Source of the DNA: Candidatus Latescibacterota bacterium
GTDB taxonomy: Bacteria > Latescibacterota > UBA2968 > UBA8231
Assembly (NCBI GenBank): GCA_965248265.1
Contig: CBDFJF010000001.1
Coordinates: 1,824,001-1,888,000, forward strand
Reading direction: 5' to 3'
Length of the DNA: 64,000 nt
Below are positions 62,465 to 64,000 of the stretch, piece by piece. The notes beneath the pieces were generated by a model. The model saw nothing but the letters and a program-made list of their open reading frames with translations, was not told where the DNA came from and made no database searches. The position numbers and the translations under genes were made by a program. Within the stretch, counting starts at the first letter, position 1; each line of letters starts with the position of its first letter.

Positions 62465-62523
62465 TATCCGGCCAGCCGCTTCTTATCCAGCCAGCAGTTA
62501 TCCGGCCAGCAGTTATCCGGCCA
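62465..62523. repeat. 3-4 copies of a ~15-bp tandem repeat (TTATCCGGCCAGCAG) reiterating the stop-codon region of the adjacent minus-strand gene
   Basis: Units at 62483, 62498 and 62513, plus a decayed copy at 62465. Confidence 0.9.
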
Positions 62524-62884
62524 TGGTATCGACGATTTCGCCCATACCCTCCTGCTGCTGGGTGCTCGGAGCTTGGCTTTCTTCCTGCGCCTGCGTCCGG
62601 GTCTCCTGAACCCGGGTGCGTTGCTCCTCGCGATCTGCTCTTGCGGCTGCTGCGGACGTCCGTCGCTCTTCGTTCTCTACCTGCTGAGCGGTGGCCGCCG
62701 CTGTCCGGGATTGAGTTTGTCGCTCCGCCCGTGCATCACGTTCTTGACGGATTTCATTGCGACGCTCATTCCTTTCTGCTTCGCGCTGTTCGCGGTCCTC
62801 ACGGACTTGCTGCTGCTGCTGTCCATTCTGGGCCGCGGTCTGCGCGCCTCTGAGCTGCTGGGCAGCTCCGCCTACTTCGGACAT
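62513..62884 (-). CDS. Small Q/E/R-rich coiled-coil hypothetical protein ending GMGEIVDTMAG
   Basis: Strong AAGGAGG RBS before ATG 62884; 123 aa. TTGACT-16-TATATT lies upstream at 62955-62928. Confidence 0.75.
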   Translation of the reverse strand: MSEVGGAAQQLRGAQTAAQNGQQQQQVREDREQREAERNERRNEIRQERDARAERQTQSRTAAATAQQVENEERRTSAAAARADREEQRTRVQETRTQAQEESQAPSTQQQEGMGEIVDTMAG

Positions 62885-63122
62885 GGCATACCTCCTTGAG
62901 AGTACTCTTGCCTCCTTGCTGTCGAGCAATATAGTAAACGCCAATCCAAAGTCAAGGTAAATCAACGCGGGGCAAGCAGTTACCTCCTCCTGACGCAGCC
63001 TGCCACGACCTCGAGATGAGGGCGTCAGAGTGTCTCGCGAGCGTCGGGAGGTGGTCTTATGTTCAAGGTACCGACCGGAATTACGGCAACTCCATCCCAC
63101 ACTGAGAAATTGCTGAAAACAG

Positions 63123-63488
63123 ATGCCTGACGACGTCCTGCGCCTCCGAAACATGCGTTTTTATGGCTACCACGGCCTGTTTCCCGAGGAGGAGACCCTG
63201 GGCCAGCCTTTCGAGGTCGATGTGGAGCTCATCCGCGATCTATCGGCTGCCGGGAAGACGGACGATCCAGGACAAACCGTCGATTACGTGGCGATCTACA
63301 AGCTGGTGGAGGAAGCGATGACCCAGGAGCGCTGCAAACTGGTGGAGGCGCTCGCCGAGCGCATCGCCGACCGCGTTGGCGGAGCCTGCCAACCAGTGGA
63401 AGTCGTAGTTCGGGTCCGCAAACCCCATCCCCCCGTCCAAGCCCACTTCGACGGCCTGGAAGTGGAAATTCGACGAACCTATGGGTGA
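63123..63488 (+). CDS. folB: Dihydroneopterin aldolase
   Basis: Motifs FYGYHG..PEE...GQPF.VD, TVDY, LVEALAE and KPHPP. Confidence 0.96.
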   Translation: MPDDVLRLRNMRFYGYHGLFPEEETLGQPFEVDVELIRDLSAAGKTDDPGQTVDYVAIYKLVEEAMTQERCKLVEALAERIADRVGGACQPVEVVVRVRKPHPPVQAHFDGLEVEIRRTYG

Positions 63489-64000
63489 TACCGCCTATAT
63501 CGGTATCGGCTCGAACCTGGGTGACCGTCTGGATTTGATGCGCCGGGCTGTCGACGATCTGAGACAGCAAGAAGGCATCGTTGTCGCGGATCGTTCATCT
63601 GTGTATGAATCACCCGGAATCGGGTTCGAAGAGCAGCCGGACTACCTCAATGCCGTCATCTCGGTCCAGACCGACTTGGCACCCTCCGAATTGCTGGAAA
63701 CGATGCTGTGCGTGGAGAAGCGCCTTGGCCGTACCCGCGAGAAGAAATGGGGACCACGCACCATCGACCTGGACCTGTTGCTTTACGGTGATCTCATCAT
63801 CTCGGAACCTGGACTCGTGGTTCCGCACCCGCACATGATGGAACGAGGGTTCGTGCTCTTGCCACTGTGCGAAATCAACCCGAGGCTCCTACATCCAGTG
63901 CAGGGCTTGCCTATCGCCGACTTCGCGCGCGCCTGCGACGACGGTACGGTGCGGATCCAGCTCACGAAGATCACTTCAGGTGGGTCAAGCGCCGATTCTC
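63481..64000 (+). CDS. folK: 2-amino-4-hydroxy-6-hydroxymethyldihydropteridine diphosphokinase, 3' end runs off the window
   Basis: Not in the ORF track. Manual translation gives MGDTAYIGIGSNLGDR...QPDYLNAV...GRTREKKWGPRTIDLDLL...PHPHMMERGFVLLPL. Confidence 0.95.
   Translation, partial: MGDTAYIGIGSNLGDRLDLMRRAVDDLRQQEGIVVADRSSVYESPGIGFEEQPDYLNAVISVQTDLAPSELLETMLCVEKRLGRTREKKWGPRTIDLDLLLYGDLIISEPGLVVPHPHMMERGFVLLPLCEINPRLLHPVQGLPIADFARACDDGTVRIQLTKITSGGSSADS

Overview
This is a GC-rich bacterial chromosomal segment, probably from an FCB-superphylum diderm such as Ca. Latescibacterota. That placement is inferred from the PorV-family barrel, the CHU_C/FlgD-tailed proteins, the C-terminal WGxxK tails and the Fibrobacter-type LexA box. 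The left ~18 kb is an accessory cell-surface region. Its centre is a tightly coupled minus-strand operon (1-10487): a secreted protein with a WGRIK tail, two large paralogous proteins with discoidin-like domains and a CHU_C/FlgD tail, a 931-aa predicted outer-membrane protein with Asp-rich loops, and a parvulin lipoprotein. This is the best candidate for an undescribed surface-assembly or secretion system. It is followed by a frameshifted beta-propeller gene, an FGE-fold gene and several lipoprotein or secreted hypotheticals. The rest is mostly housekeeping: larA, galU, acyl-CoA synthetase, a FapA with three N-terminal modules, ilvBN, a TonB receptor, ppdK-parA-parB, larB-mobA, cyoE, ligA, argRBDH followed by two enolase-superfamily paralogs, tilS-ftsH-folP-cdaA, lexA, glycerate kinase, porV-like-era-purD and folB-folK. 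Non-coding signals include a 162-bp MITE with a CTA target duplication inside an operon, tandem ARG boxes, a TGCAC-N4-GTGCA candidate SOS box, a probable leaderless ligA promoter, and many 14-21-bp tandem micro-duplications (one is a 7x in-frame expansion in larA). I saw no rRNA, tRNA, CRISPR array, transposase or reverse transcriptase. All family calls are by eye from motifs; no searches were run.
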